The notes under the pieces are model-generated. The model saw only the letters and a list, made by a program, of their open reading frames with translations. It did not search any database and was not told the DNA's origin. A stretch of 63,946 nucleotides of DNA, the filler included, from Olpidium bornovanus S191 (Eukaryota > Fungi > Olpidiomycota): NCBI GenBank assembly GCA_017911155.1. It is 31 parts of 31 records of this genome, joined end to end, with 100 filler letters (N's around TTAATTAATTAA, not from the genome) between each part and the next. Parts side by side here need not be neighbours in the genome. Positions count along the whole stretch, not along the records: positions 1 to 2,322 come from JAEFCI010007107.1; positions 2,423 to 3,802 come from JAEFCI010002422.1; positions 3,903 to 6,162 come from JAEFCI010003238.1; positions 6,263 to 7,307 come from JAEFCI010007208.1; positions 7,408 to 10,438 come from JAEFCI010012727.1; positions 10,539 to 12,234 come from JAEFCI010002026.1; positions 12,335 to 14,229 come from JAEFCI010000599.1; 24 more parts are not named here. The stretch is one strand, 5' to 3'. Of this stretch, positions 1 to 12,449 are shown in pieces. Made by a program: the position numbers and the translations under genes. Numbering within the stretch: position 1 is the stretch's first letter; the number at the start of each line of letters is the position of its first letter.

Positions 1-2161
1 ACATGCCTGATCAATAATCAATAGGGAGTCGAGCTTGTGACAAGCAATCGAAAGTTAAGTCATCAATTGAAGCGCACTGATGTGAAGCATTTCTAAGTTC
101 GTGTACAAGTGCATAACGAGACGATCACTGTCCACCCCATCGCAACATCAGCCAATGTTGCTGGCGTCTTTACCGATGGGCCTCGGAAGCCGAGTTTTAC
201 ACAGCCCGTTTTTTCCCGTGGCTTTACTTTGATTCTCCGTGCCCGAATCGGGCACCCTCTCTGTCTCCGTTGCCGTTTTCCCAGTCATCCTTTTTGTTCG
301 TTTCCTACGGCGACGACCGGAAATGTTGGAGTGGACATCAGGGCCAGTGGTTGAAGCCCCACCATCTTCGTACTATATACTGCGTTCCTCCGTAAAACAC
401 GTGAACCCGGCACCATCGCCGGGCACACGAAAACAGAACAGAAATTCTGCCGGAATTTTCAACGGTCGTAAATGCCATCGGGAAAATTGCGCAAAGGAAC
501 CGTTCTTCCCACACGTCAAACTGGGAAGGAAGGTCCTGGCACATGAGACAGTTGTTTTTTTCCCGACTCTCTTGCTGCCATATGTTGGAAGCGGAGGTAA
601 GCGTGCAGAGCAGGTTTGCCTGACGCACGGCACGATCGAAATGAAACCACCGGACAGGTGATCGGCGCACCCGGCGTCGTCGGACCTGCAAACGAGTGAG
701 GCCAGAACGGCGTCCAAAACAACCACCAATGCAAAAAGCATAATTGTCATGGAAGGTGACGCGCTGTTTCAGTGCCAGGCTTCCAGACGCAGTAAGCGAA
801 AGCGGCCAACTGTGCGAGCAATACTGCGGCGCAGGAAAACAACGGGCACTGTTTGTGACGATGATAAGGCTTAGCCGTTTCTTTTGAGGGTTAAAACCTG
901 TTTAGAATGTTTCTGGATTACTGAAGATGAACGGAAACGGAAGAAAACTACAAAAACCCTCGGTTTCATCACATGTACGAAAACCTCGTCCGCATCCTTC
1001 GCCCTGAGCCAAAAAAGAAATGCTGCACAATGTTACATACCGGCGTTGAGCCCCCGCCGGGAATAAGAAAGTTGATGAAGTTCGGCCGGTACCTTGTCGG
1101 CGCGGGCGCAATCCGCCGGGACATATGAACCGCTAGCTTTCGACTCGCCTAAATATTCAACGACAAACCCACGGCGCAACATGATATCCTCCCCCACTCA
1201 AAAAAAAAAAGTTCTTCGGCGTTACAATCCCGCCAAAAAAAAATGGGGTAAAGAAAAGTGAGAAAGAGAGGATGACGGCAGGCAGACGAAGTCAACCGGC
1301 AGCTGCTCAACGGCGGTGCAAAAGCTGGTTACCGTTAGGGGCTGCACGACGATCAGCGGCAGAGGGAGGTTTCGCCGCCGTTGCGGACGGCGGCTGGGCG
1401 AGCGAGCTGTGCGGCTCCCAGACGTACGACGGCATTGAGAAAAGCTCCACGTCCCGGCGTCCGCCGTGGAGGAGCGAGCTCAACGGCTGGGCGACCGCTA
1501 GGGAGGAGCGAGCTCGTCGCCTGGACGCCCTCGGGCGAGAAGCGAACTTTTTGGTTGGACGCCGGTGGAAGAGGACCGGGCCCGACGCCGTGATGGCAGG
1601 CAACGGAGGGAATATGGAGCAGTCAGGTATGCAAAGCGGACGCAGAAAACCCGCGAGCGGCAGACGCCGAAAGGGGGGGCGAAGGGGGCGAGGGGAGGGG
1701 GGAAGTCGAAGAGCAACCCGAGCCAATGTGGCAGTGCTGCGAGAGGGGTGGTGAAGAGACCACACGGTGCCGGGCCATCGTGGGAAAAAAGGGAACTGTG
1801 GGAAATAGGGCAAAGCGGTGGTATAACTGCCAATAAACACACCAGCACCGTCACACTGTATATGCAACCAAGCGGCATTATTGCATTGCATGTTGGCCGG
1901 AAAAAAAATCTACTCTGCTTTGGCGGACACTGGGAATTGCCAACAGGGGGCAAAAAAACGACGGCCTGTCGCAGAAAGCGTGGGGCGACTCCGCGAAACG
2001 GGGGTGTCGGAAGGAGAGGGAATTTTGCCAAGGATCTTCTTTTGCGGGGTCGTTTTTCGAGCAGAGCTTCAAACGAGGAAAGAGAAAGAGAGAGAGAGAT
2101 TAGCGGGCGCGCATTTTGTCGAGAGAAGCCCGCGCGGGGTTCGGTTGCATTGGAAACGGGA

Positions 2162-2192
<31 letters not shown>

Positions 2193-2322
2193 TGTTGTGG
2201 GGGGGGGGGGGGGGGGGGTGCACGGAGGAGCTCTGCTCTGCCGGGGCTCTGTATTTTCGGCCGTCCGCCTTTTGTTTACTCTATACGTGTACGGGAAAGG
2301 GGAAAGGGGGGGGGGGGGGAGG

Positions 2323-2422
2323 NNNNNNNNNNNNNNNNNNNNNNNNNNNNNNNNNNNNNNNNNNNNTTAATTAATTAANNNNNNNNNNNNNNNNNNNNNN
2401 NNNNNNNNNNNNNNNNNNNNNN
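2323..2422. other. Artificial contig-joining linker (first of 30; last at 62564-62663)
   Basis: 44 N + TTAATTAATTAA (stops in all six frames) + 44 N, repeated identically throughout the window. Confidence 0.99.
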
Positions 2423-2559
2423 GCGTGCAGCTGGTACCGGATTTCTCCGAATGTCCGGGCATAACACTGCGTTCGGTTAACCATTTCGTATGTAATTGAC
2501 ATTATACCAAATCTTTCCGTCCTCCCGGACGCACGCGTTCATGAATCCTCCTTTTCCAA

Positions 2560-3640
2560 TCAGTAGGCAGCAGCATGAACTTTCTGCGCGCGTCCAGATG
2601 GATCCGACGGACAGCCTGAGGTCGCAAAGGTCGCATGACGAAACGAATTACAAACAACCGACGACGGAAATCTGCGAATGTTTAAGGTCGGGAATGCGCA
2701 CTCACCCCAATCGGCGCGAGGAATCCACCTGACGACGCTCTCTGCGCAGGCCGGCTGTGGGAAATGTTGATCAAACATTTCGCGGTACATGTAGGCCTCT
2801 TTCGTCTGCGGGGTGTCGGCCGGCCACCGGCGGGCGCGCTGTTCCCATGCCGCATCGGTGACTCGGGCTTCGGCAGTGGCCCGCAAGGCGTCGATCCACC
2901 CGTATCCGACGCCGTCCGAAAACTGCTCCTTTTGGCGCCAGAGGATCGAGTCCGGGAGGTAGGGGGCTTCTCCGCACGCGCCGCCGCCTTCGCGGACGTC
3001 GAACGCGCGGCGGAGAACGCTCTTCTCCATCTTGGCTGCACCGGGGTGTTGTTCGCCGAACAGCTTCTCACGCGGATCAATACCCATCGCTACCTCAAGG
3101 AAATCTTTGTCCAAGAACGGGACCCTCGCTTCCAGGCCCCACGCCATTGTGGACTTGTTGGCTCTGAGGCAGTCGGCAGTATGGAGGTTATTCACGCGGT
3201 TCACGGTTTCTTCGTGAAGCGCCTCGGCAGATGGCGCTGCGTGAAAGTAGAGGTACCCTGTTCGGTGCGCTCCGTTACCGTTAACGCTGACGGCACACAG
3301 ACAGACTAGGCGACAAGCGCACCGGCAGACGGAGTCCGTTCCCACTTACCGCCGAAAACTTCGTCGCTGCCTTCGCCGCTTAGAACCATCTTGATGCCGA
3401 GGCCCTTGATTTTCCTGCTCAGCAAATACATGGGTGTGGACGCCCGCACCGTCGTGACGTCGTACGTCTCCAGGTGATATATCACATCACTAACTGCATC
3501 TAGTCCCTCCTGAATCGTGAAAGTGAACTCGTGGTGCGCCGTGCCGATAAATTTGGCGGCTTTGCGGCCAGCTTCAAGATCCGGCGAATTCTCGAGACCA
3601 ATGGAAAAAGAATGGAGGCCAGGGCCGTGCGACGTGAGGG
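2560..3640 (-). CDS. ASNS: Asparagine synthetase (glutamine-hydrolysing), C-terminal part, 5'-partial; exons ~3640-3350, 3257-2706, 2615-2560
   Basis: [23 protein letters not shown]...[13 protein letters not shown]|YLYFHAAP...[19 protein letters not shown]...[15 protein letters not shown]...DWG|[13 protein letters not shown]; GT-AG introns restore the frame. Confidence 0.97.
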
Positions 3641-3728
3641 CTGACATAGAATGACGTAGTCGTTAATGCAGGACGGTGTTTGGACAACGTTAGAACGATG
3701 GTCAACAGGAATCGACGTAGTTGCACAG

Positions 3729-3768
<40 letters not shown>

Positions 3769-4908
3769 CGGGGACACCCTCTGACACCCCGCGGGCAGTC
3801 TANNNNNNNNNNNNNNNNNNNNNNNNNNNNNNNNNNNNNNNNNNNNTTAATTAATTAANNNNNNNNNNNNNNNNNNNNNNNNNNNNNNNNNNNNNNNNNN
3901 NNCATGGTCGGTCTTGCGCTGCTGGAGGCTTCCCAGCACTAGCTTCCGGCCCCGGAGCTTTCTTTGTTTTCTTTGAGAACGGCTACGTTCCACCAGTCCC
4001 CTCGGCCCTCTTGCCTCATTGCTCTGCGTTTTTTTTTCTTTTTTGACAATTATACCGCTACATAAATGACTGCCTTTATTGCACGTCTGCCCTCCAGCGC
4101 TTGTTATTTTTTTGACAGCAAGTACTCCAACTATGGCAGCCTTTGGGCTAAATAGATATTCATTTTAGACCGGCAACGCCGATCCCAATTTGATGTTCGA
4201 AAGTTGGTAGACGTGTTTCGTGCGCGTGCGCGTCTTCGTGGCTGCGGGATAGTAATGGTTGTATCAAAATCCACCGGGCTTTCCGCGTTTCCTTGCCGGG
4301 GGAATACCCCGGCCCCCAACACACATACGCGCACGCGCACCAAGCAGTGACTCCGTATTTTCCACTGTCGTCCCGTCGATGGCTCGTCGGGTGTTCCTTT
4401 ATCTCTTCCCTTATTTTCTCGGGTGCACCTTTCCTTTTCGCCAGCAATCCAGTTCCGTCGTCCAGACGTAGTCTCCATGCCTTTCCCGTCGTCGAGTTAG
4501 ATAGCGCTGGTACTGCCCTCAACTTCGCCCTTTTTTGCCTGTTCAATCATGCGCCAGACAATAGAGACAATGCGGCACCGGAACCAGGACAGACCGTTGG
4601 TCACGGCTGAAGTCTGCTGCAGCCCGAACAATTAAACGTGGCGGGACACAAAATTTCATTGACATTCAATCTTGATCGCCGCAGGCTCGCCTCCTCCGCA
4701 GCATGCACAATCGAGCGACCGTGGGGCACAGGTGCGTGGCTGCGCCAAACGGAGTTTCTTTCTTGAAACATCCCTTTCCAGCTCAACTGCTTCCCCGCCA
4801 ACGCCCGCGGTCGCCGAAAATCCCAACTCGGGGTCGCGCACCGGGGGCGCGTCGGCGAATTCCCCCCGGATCGCCGGTACAGCCAGTCATATAACAGCGG
4901 TACGCGCT

Positions 4909-5388
4909 TTAAATGCGGGACGGATACATCATCTTCGCGGTCGCAAAAGAAACGTACTTAGATTAGCTCGAGGTCGTACGTCAAAGACATTTCAAAACTT
5001 CTCTGCATCCTCGCGGAGGTGTGTGTGTGTGTGTGTGTGTGTGGGAGTGGGGACAGGCCGGAAAGAACAGCTCACCACGCGAACGCGGGCACCGAAGGAG
5101 TTCGGCGGAAGGTTGTTGCGGAACTTGGCTCGGACTACACCGGAGGTCCCGTGGGCACGAGTGACGCGGCCCCAGATGGCTCGAAGCTTGGACCCCTTGA
5201 CGGCGCGCTCGGCGCGGTACACATATGCGACGCGCTTGCCTAAGTAGAACTCGGTGTCCTTGGCGGTCCGCACGTTCTCGATGGCGATGAGAGAAGTGTT
5301 GGGCCGTTGGTTCCTCTTGGCGCGCTTGTAGCCGAGGACGCGGCCCTTGGCGTAGAGGCTTGACAAGTGGGCCGACGCGAGAGGGACG

Positions 5389-5431
<43 letters not shown>

Positions 5432-5951
5432 CAGCAAGTGTTACAAGAGCGCCTTCGCGGGAAAAAAAAAGTGCAAGGCCGTGAACGCAAAAAAAAAAAG
5501 AGGAAAGCCGCCGGCGGCGAGCCCTGGGTTCCGACTCCTGCCCGGCAAAACGTTCGCAGGAATCGCAGGGGCCAGATGGGGGGGGGGAGAGCTGGGGCGG
5601 GCGGCGGTTCCTCGTTTCTCCAGCCCGAGTTCCCAACAACTCGCGAAGACCGGCCAGAAGACCTGAGCGGGTGCCTTCTCTACACCCGGTTTGTCCTTAG
5701 TTTTGTCCGGTTTTTTTTTTTTTCTTTTTTTTTTTTTTGGCTGCGGGGGGACACTCCCGACCGCGCCGTGGCGGCGACGGCGAATTCCCACGGGGGGATG
5801 GGGGGGCGCCTTCTCCCCTGAACATCGTCAGAAGGGCTTGTAGACAACGCCGCCGTCCGCGGAGCGTCCCGGCGCGCGCGGACGCCCGGGTGCGCGGAAA
5901 GGGGATGGGATGGGAGGCGGGCAAAGAAGTTCCTCACCGGACGGGAGCCAT
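4909..5951 (-). CDS. RPL35A: 60S ribosomal protein eL33 (L35a), complete; exons 5951-5938, 5358-5076, 4932-4909 (106 aa)
   Basis: MAPVR|[29 protein letters not shown]...[11 protein letters not shown]...[23 protein letters not shown]...RVRV|MMYPSRI*; exon lengths sum to 321 nt. Confidence 0.97.
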
Positions 5952-6063
5952 ATGTTCAATGGTCCAGCACGGTCCAGCGGTTGGGCGCGGGAAAGAAAAA
6001 GGGGGGGAGGGGCCGCCGCTTTCCCTCTGCGGAGGGGGGAAGGTTTATGCGCTTCCGCTCCCG

Positions 6064-6135
<72 letters not shown>

Positions 6136-6703
6136 CTCCCCCCCCCCCCCCCCCCCCCCCCCNNNNNNNNNNNNNNNNNNNNNNNNNNNNNNNNNNNNNN
6201 NNNNNNTTAATTAATTAANNNNNNNNNNNNNNNNNNNNNNNNNNNNNNNNNNNNNNNNNNNNCTCGCTCTAAGCACATTGATGTGCGTCATTTCTTTGTT
6301 TACCAAGTTACCCATGGTCAAGTTATCATTGTTCCCATTGCTACCACTGTGAATGTCGCCGATACTTTACCAAAAGTCCTCCGAAACCCCGTTTTCTCGA
6401 ATGTGTTGCTTTGCTCGGTTTTGTTCATCACTCCCCTGCCGTTCCCAACAAGGAGGAGTGTTAGAATTATTGTGCCTGTGCGTCTGGTCGGAACCCCTCA
6501 ATGTACAGTAATGTAGTTTTCTTGTAACAATGGAAGTTACGCGACGCGGAACTTACCCTCAAAAACGAACTCGAACAATCTCGACTTCGACCCCGTCCTC
6601 CTTTCTATTTCGACGTCGAGGGGGGGGGTGGAGGGGAGGGGTTTACGTAGGCAAGAAGAAGCAAGAAAAAAGGGATGGTAAAACCAAAACAAAGGGGTCG
6701 AAA

Positions 6704-6842
6704 GGAAAATCAATGGAATTAAGCAAGTCGGGGAAAATCAATGGAATTAAGCAAGTCGGGGAAAATCAATGGGATTCAGCAAGTCGGGGAAAATCAATGG
6801 AATAAAGCAAGTTGAGGAAAATCAATGGGATTAAGCAGTCGA
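6704..6842. repeat. 28-bp tandem repeat, about 5 copies (GGAAAATCAATGGAATTAAGCAAGTCGG)
   Basis: Head-to-tail copies seen directly, with few substitutions and no spacers. Confidence 0.95.
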
Positions 6843-7169
6843 CCCCGACGGGGGGGAAAGCAAGGGATTTTGCAACAAAAGGACATTTGGCCCGGCAGCC
6901 GACGTCGACGTGCCCGCGCGGGCGACCATTTGGGCCCTGAAAGCGCCAGCTGCCCTTTCTCGCGGGCGCCGCGATCGCAAGACGTCGCGCAGGCGTTACT
7001 TCCGCTTCAACATAGCTCGTCAAAGTACCCTTCGACCTGCCGGACCGGGAAGCTTTGTCCCTTTGTTTATTACTTTCTTCCGGCGGTGGGAGCGATCGGT
7101 ATCAAAAAAACGGGGGGGGGGGGTTTGGGTGCTTATGCGCTCAGGCGCATTAATTGCCCGACAGTGGTT

Positions 7170-7307
7170 ATAAACAAGAACAGTTGCATGCATTGCGATC
7201 ATCGCCTTGATGATCCCAATGGCGCGTTCAGCCTGGCCATCCGTCTGTTGATGACGTGCCGTGGCCAGCTGTCGCTCTATGCCAAGGTCTTGGCACAAGG
7301 TCGCGTC
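7170..7307 (-). mobile_element. Decayed Ty3/gypsy-type integrase core fragment
   Basis: DLGIERQLATARHQQTDGQAERAIGIIKAM resembles the rve motif LGI..STAYHPQTDGQ.ER. Confidence 0.8.
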
Positions 7308-7407
7308 NNNNNNNNNNNNNNNNNNNNNNNNNNNNNNNNNNNNNNNNNNNNTTAATTAATTAANNNNNNNNNNNNNNNNNNNNNNNNNNNNNNNNNNNNN
7401 NNNNNNN

Positions 7408-8138
7408 AAGCATAGTCTCCCGGAGCGAGTAGCAACTTTCGTTACCCTCTTCCGCTCTGTCTTGCCGGATCTGTACAACTACTTTGAGGACGAGGAGGTG
7501 GACACGAACGAGTGGGCGTCAACATGGCTTCAACACCTGCTGGCAACGACGCTCCCACTGCCTTGTTTGGTCCGTCTATGGGGTGAGCAAACCCTCGTTC
7601 CGGCGTTTGCACATTCCGACAGCACACTGCTATGTTCATTTGTATATTACTTTCGGATTGATCGGGACTTTCGCTGACGTCAATTTTTTTTGTCAATATC
7701 CAGACGCGTACTTTTCGCTACCCGACGGGCTGGACTTGCACGTCTACGTTTGCCTTGGTGGGTGCTGGCGCATGACGCCGTCAGTGGCTTGATCTCCGCT
7801 GACTAGTCTTCGTTGCTTTTTCTTCGCCATCATCGCCCAGCTATTCTGAGACATTGTAAAGAGTCGCTGGAAGAGTTGGAACAGAGTGAAATCCGAACGT
7901 TTTTGCTGCGTCTCCCACCAATGGACATGGACCAGGTACATTTTCCATCCTTAGAAGATTACGTGTCTCAATCTTTGCTTTGCGGGAATTTCTACAAAAC
8001 GAAAGCCGATGCTAACTGCCAACCGTGTTTTCGCTACCATGTCTTTTTCACGTTGCGATTTGTTCCGGACGCGCCGATTTTCAGGTTCTCAACCTTGCGT
8101 CCAACATCCGCTGGGATGCATACGAGTCGGACCGGTGA
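7408..8138 (+). CDS. TBC-domain (Rab-GAP) protein, C-terminal exons, 5'-partial
   Basis: LFRSVLPDLYNYFEDEEVDTNEWASTWLQHLLATTLPLPCLVRLW|DAYFSLPDGLDLHVYVCL|AILRHCKESLEELEQSEIRTFLLRLPPMDMDQ|VLNLASNIR...*; RLWD and HVYVC are TBC C-terminal motifs; three GT-AG introns. Confidence 0.85.
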
Positions 8139-9396
8139 CAACAGCTCTCCGTCGGTTTTGACTGGACCGACGTATTTTTCTCATTTTATGCTTTCTCTCT
8201 TCTTGCCTGCCGTCCCCTTGAGGTTCTCGTCTTCCGGTGCAACAGTGTTACAATTATAAGCGAGCTTAAAAAACAGAAACGGTTCGAATGGATGAAATGG
8301 GAAACGAAACGCAGACTTGGCACACGAGCGACCCCTCTCGCTGGTGCTCGCGTCTTGCGCGTTGATCCTCCGTTTTTTGTTTTTTTTTTTTTTTTTTTTT
8401 TTTGATTTGTTGTTGTCAGCGACGCACGCACCGGTGCCTGTTGCGTCAAGAGGTCGAGATAGTTGCACGTAGCTTATATTGTCCGGTGAAGGGACCTCAA
8501 TGCAACATATGCCTACATGTACGTCCTGCACGTAGCGCCGTTCTGTCAAGGCTTCCCGCGGTTCTCGGGTGGTTTTTTTTCTGCAGAATCTGTGCGAGCT
8601 ACGTTGAGTAGACCATGCTGGTCCAGGTGGGAGGGGTGGCTAATCCAAGTGTGCGTTCTTCGGATAGGCGACCTCTCGAATAAATTGAAGCTTGGGTCGG
8701 GCACGAGAGGGAAACCTGGTCTTATTAAAGCAATAAGGTAAATCAAAACAAAGAAAATGGAATAGAATAAAATAGTAACGGTCGCTGTCCATGTGGTTTA
8801 AGTAATTCCCGAACCGTTAGGTTTGGGCTGTTTGAAGGGAAGCTCTATGGAAGAGCTGCCGGAAACGGTTCCTTTCGCTTTTGTTTGCTTTTGCGCGCCG
8901 CGAGCGCGCAGCCGGACTGCGCCGGTTGCTTCCCCCCCAAAACGGGAATGATCACGCGACCGGCCGACCGCATCGTACGGTTCACAACGGGCTACTGCAT
9001 AATGCATTACAGTACTCATTATCTTTTTACTTTCTATATCATCAGCCATCCCATACGTTTTGCGTCCGATTTTCACGGGGTGGGCGGAAAAGGGTCGAGG
9101 GAAGAAGGTGGGGGGGTGGGGGTGGGGGTCCCCTATCTTTCATCTTCCAATGAACCAAAGATTTAGGTGTTCTGACCAGATACCGGCTGCCACCGGACCC
9201 CGGGGCGCAGAACCATGCCCGGAACAACCATGTCCGGGCCAACCATCGTCTATGGCATTGTTCCCGGCGTTCATGACCTTTACGGTGTTGTCACACCCTT
9301 TACGAAAATTTACGTTGATGGTTTCAGATTTGTGGAGCCTGAACCAGGATTCGCAGATTCCTATGATCCGCGGATTCCCGGGTTGCAGGGAGAGAG

Positions 9397-9399
<3 letters not shown>

Positions 9400-9452
<53 letters not shown>

Positions 9453-9560
9453 TAGAGAGAGAGAGATAGATAGAGAGAGAGAGATATATATATATAGAGA
9501 GAGAGAGAACAAGAGAGAGAGAAATAGAGAGCAAGAGAGAAAAAGAGAGAGAGAGGGAGA
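9400..9560. repeat. (GA)n/(GATA)n microsatellite
   Basis: Seen directly. Confidence 0.95.
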
Positions 9561-9603
9561 GAGGTTTGGTAGGTTCCGCCAAAAGGTTTCGGGTCCTCCG
9601 CAC

Positions 9604-9673
9604 GAGGCGACTAACTACTTCGTTTATATATGATCTAATCGAGGCGACTACTTCGTTTATATATGATCTAATC
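9604..9673. repeat. Tandem duplication, 37 bp + 33 bp (GAGGCGACT[AACT]ACTTCGTTTATATATGATCTAATC)
   Basis: Two adjacent copies differing by a 4-bp indel. Confidence 0.9.
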
Positions 9674-10538
9674 AACTGGATTTGCAACAACGGCTTTTCA
9701 TCCTCCGCAGCACCCATCCCCAAGTGTTACACCACCCGCGCGCGTTTGGCCGCGCCCAAATTCACGAATGGCGGCCCGGTCACGTGCCCGTGTCAGCCGG
9801 GGTTCTCCTTTCTTCGCACAGAAAGCGTATGGCCGCCAAGCAACCAAGCAACCGTCCTGCGCAGTTCGCGCAACCCGTTCGTCCGCCTCAGCCTTTCACG
9901 TACGCATGAAGTTGGCGACCCCCCCACCTCCCCCCCTTAAAAGACGGCGTTCCTGTGGAGAAAGTAAGAATTTGGGGCCTGCGGGAAGTGGATCCCCGCC
10001 TCTCCGATGGATGACGGAAAAACTTGATTGACGCCTGACTTTGAGTACTGTGGTTCATTTGATCTCAAAAGCAATAGAGGCGGGATTCCCAACGATTTGG
10101 ATCGCGTCAATTGCGGAACGTCCTCCGCCCACCTCCCCCCTACCCCCCCGCCTTTTTATCGTCTTTTATCGTCTCTTTCCCACTATTCCCCATCGCCGCA
10201 ATTATCGCCTCGACAGGGGTCTTCCCCTTTCCTCGATTTGCTCTTCATTTTCCGTTTCCCGCGCCAGCCAACAGGCCTCGAACCGCATTGCTCGTCGACA
10301 CTGCCAGGGTTCCCCGCGGAGCCTGGCGTCACCGCCAATTTCCGCCATCTTGACAACGGGTGTTCAATTTGTCCTTCGACAACCGTAAACAGTGCGACAC
10401 CCAGGACTACGAAGAACTTGTCAGGGAGGCGCCCCATGNNNNNNNNNNNNNNNNNNNNNNNNNNNNNNNNNNNNNNNNNNNNTTAATTAATTAANNNNNN
10501 NNNNNNNNNNNNNNNNNNNNNNNNNNNNNNNNNNNNNN

Positions 10539-10579
<41 letters not shown>

Positions 10580-10702
10580 AAAAGCAGATAAATTACACAG
10601 AAAGTGACCTGGTTGGAAATCCGACTGCCAAGGCGGCTCGGGGATTTGAGCTATTCATGGAACAGGAACATGCACTCGCAGATGCCCCTCCTTCGCGCGC
10701 TT

Positions 10703-11500
10703 ACCGCACGTATCGGGCTCATTTGTTTCCCCGGACACACACGCTCCGGCGTTCCCGTTGAACGGGAATGTATCACAGAGCGCCCTGTATAAGCCGAGAC
10801 GCCGCTCGCTTTGGGGTACCCGGCCCGGACACCAAGCCCGGTTTGACAATATTCTTTGGAGGCTCTCAACGAACTGTAGGCAGGTAGTCTGTAGACATTC
10901 CACCTTACCGGTGAGATGGATCTCATTGCCGCTTCGACTTTCAACAGGAACGCAGCCCGAGGAACGCACCCTGCAGAGAGCCATATCACCGAACCCCAAC
11001 GAGGGCTGAGGGGACGATGTAGCCCCAGAGGGCATTAAGGGCGAACTTGGCGGTGAGTTACAAGATCGGGTGTTGTTCGCCGCGAGAACAATTTCGGCGC
11101 ACAGGAAGCTGAGGCGGTACCGCTGGCTGGATCCGTCATACGCCGGGCACGACCAGAACCGGCGGAACTCCTCGACGTCCCGGACGCTCCCGACGATGGA
11201 ACGGATGGCGCTGTCGAACGACGCCGGGTCGGGGTTGTAAGAAAAGCGTTGGGTGGCGTTTTCCTCGAGGAGGGCCAAGCTGGACCAGCCCTGGCACGCT
11301 TCCGACGCGCGCAGGCTGAAGCAGGCGGCCGCGCGCCGCTGCTGCGGGCAGAGCAAGAGCGTCAGGAGCCGGAGGGCCGACCGGCGCCGCGCGGGCGCGT
11401 TGCAGCCAGGAACGCTTCTAGTTCTGGCCGGGCACGGGGGTTGACCACGGGCCGGCGGTCCGGGCGCCGCGGGGTCCGGGGGCATCGCACTCGACGGGGG
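10703..11500 (-). CDS. Cys-rich secreted/ectodomain protein of a fungal single-pass receptor-like family, partial and spliced
   Basis: Hydrophobic LRLLTLLLC, then CFSLRASEAC..., FDSAIRSIV..., RYRLSFLC..., TTCLQFVESL..., ALC..., CVSGETNEPDTCG; splice signals near 10990, 10908 and 10703. Confidence 0.6.
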
Positions 11501-12449
11501 CCCGTGGGCGCACGGTCTCTTGGCAAGGAGACGGAGGGAGGCGTCCCCTTTGCCGCTCTTGCACGATCGTTCCAAGCGCCCGGCACCGGGCGGCCCGCCG
11601 GGCGGCGGAGAGTGCGCACGGGAAGGACGCCCGGGCGCCGCGCGCGTGGACCGAGGCTCGCCTTCCTGGGAGGGGGAAGCCGCCTCGCAACCGCCTTTTT
11701 ACCGCGCAGGCGCGAGCGGCGTGGGGGGGGGGGGATGCCGTCGGCCGCGCCGGCGCGCGAAGTTACGAGAAAGGAAAGAAACGCGAGTCGCCAGGAAACC
11801 CTTAACCGCGACGCGCGCCAGTCGCGAGCAATATCTATCTCGCAGGACCGGCAAAAAAACCCCCCGCCCCTCTCTCCTCTGCCCGGCGCGTCGTCTCTCG
11901 ACGCCCGCCGAATGCCGCGCACCGGCCACTCCCAGCCTCCCTGACCTGCGGTCACTAGGCGGCTGCCGTGAGGGAGGGCAGAGGAGGGGGGAGGAGGGGG
12001 GGGGGTTTGTTGACAAGTGACCCGGCTAAGGTTCTGAGCCGAACGCGGTCTCGGGATTCTGTCGTTACGTGCCACCACTATCTGACGGAATTCGCCCGTT
12101 TTGTGCAAATCTCCTCTTATGCGCGCCACTCTGTCAGAACGCGATGAAGAGAACACCGCTTTTTCGAGGTGGTTTTTCAAACGGAGAAAGAATCGGACGT
12201 CATCCCACGCCGCAAAGACGATCTCCCCCATGTTNNNNNNNNNNNNNNNNNNNNNNNNNNNNNNNNNNNNNNNNNNNNTTAATTAATTAANNNNNNNNNN
12301 NNNNNNNNNNNNNNNNNNNNNNNNNNNNNNNNNNGCTTTTCATAAAAAAAAAAAAGCGGCGGCTATGACCGCGATGACGGGCCCCGCCCGGCGACTCGCA
12401 AAAAAGAACGGCTTCTTTTCCCGCACGAACGGCGGACCGGGAACACCAC

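Noticed and set aside
373-750. Secreted Cys-rich protein from the minus-strand ORF
   Set aside because: The apparent signal peptide overlaps an intron-like CTCAC..TTGCAG acceptor, and no family motif is recognisable in any frame.
6704-6842. CRISPR-like appearance of the 28-, 33- and 51-bp arrays
   Set aside because: The units are head to tail with no unique spacers, the context is eukaryotic, and no cas genes are present.
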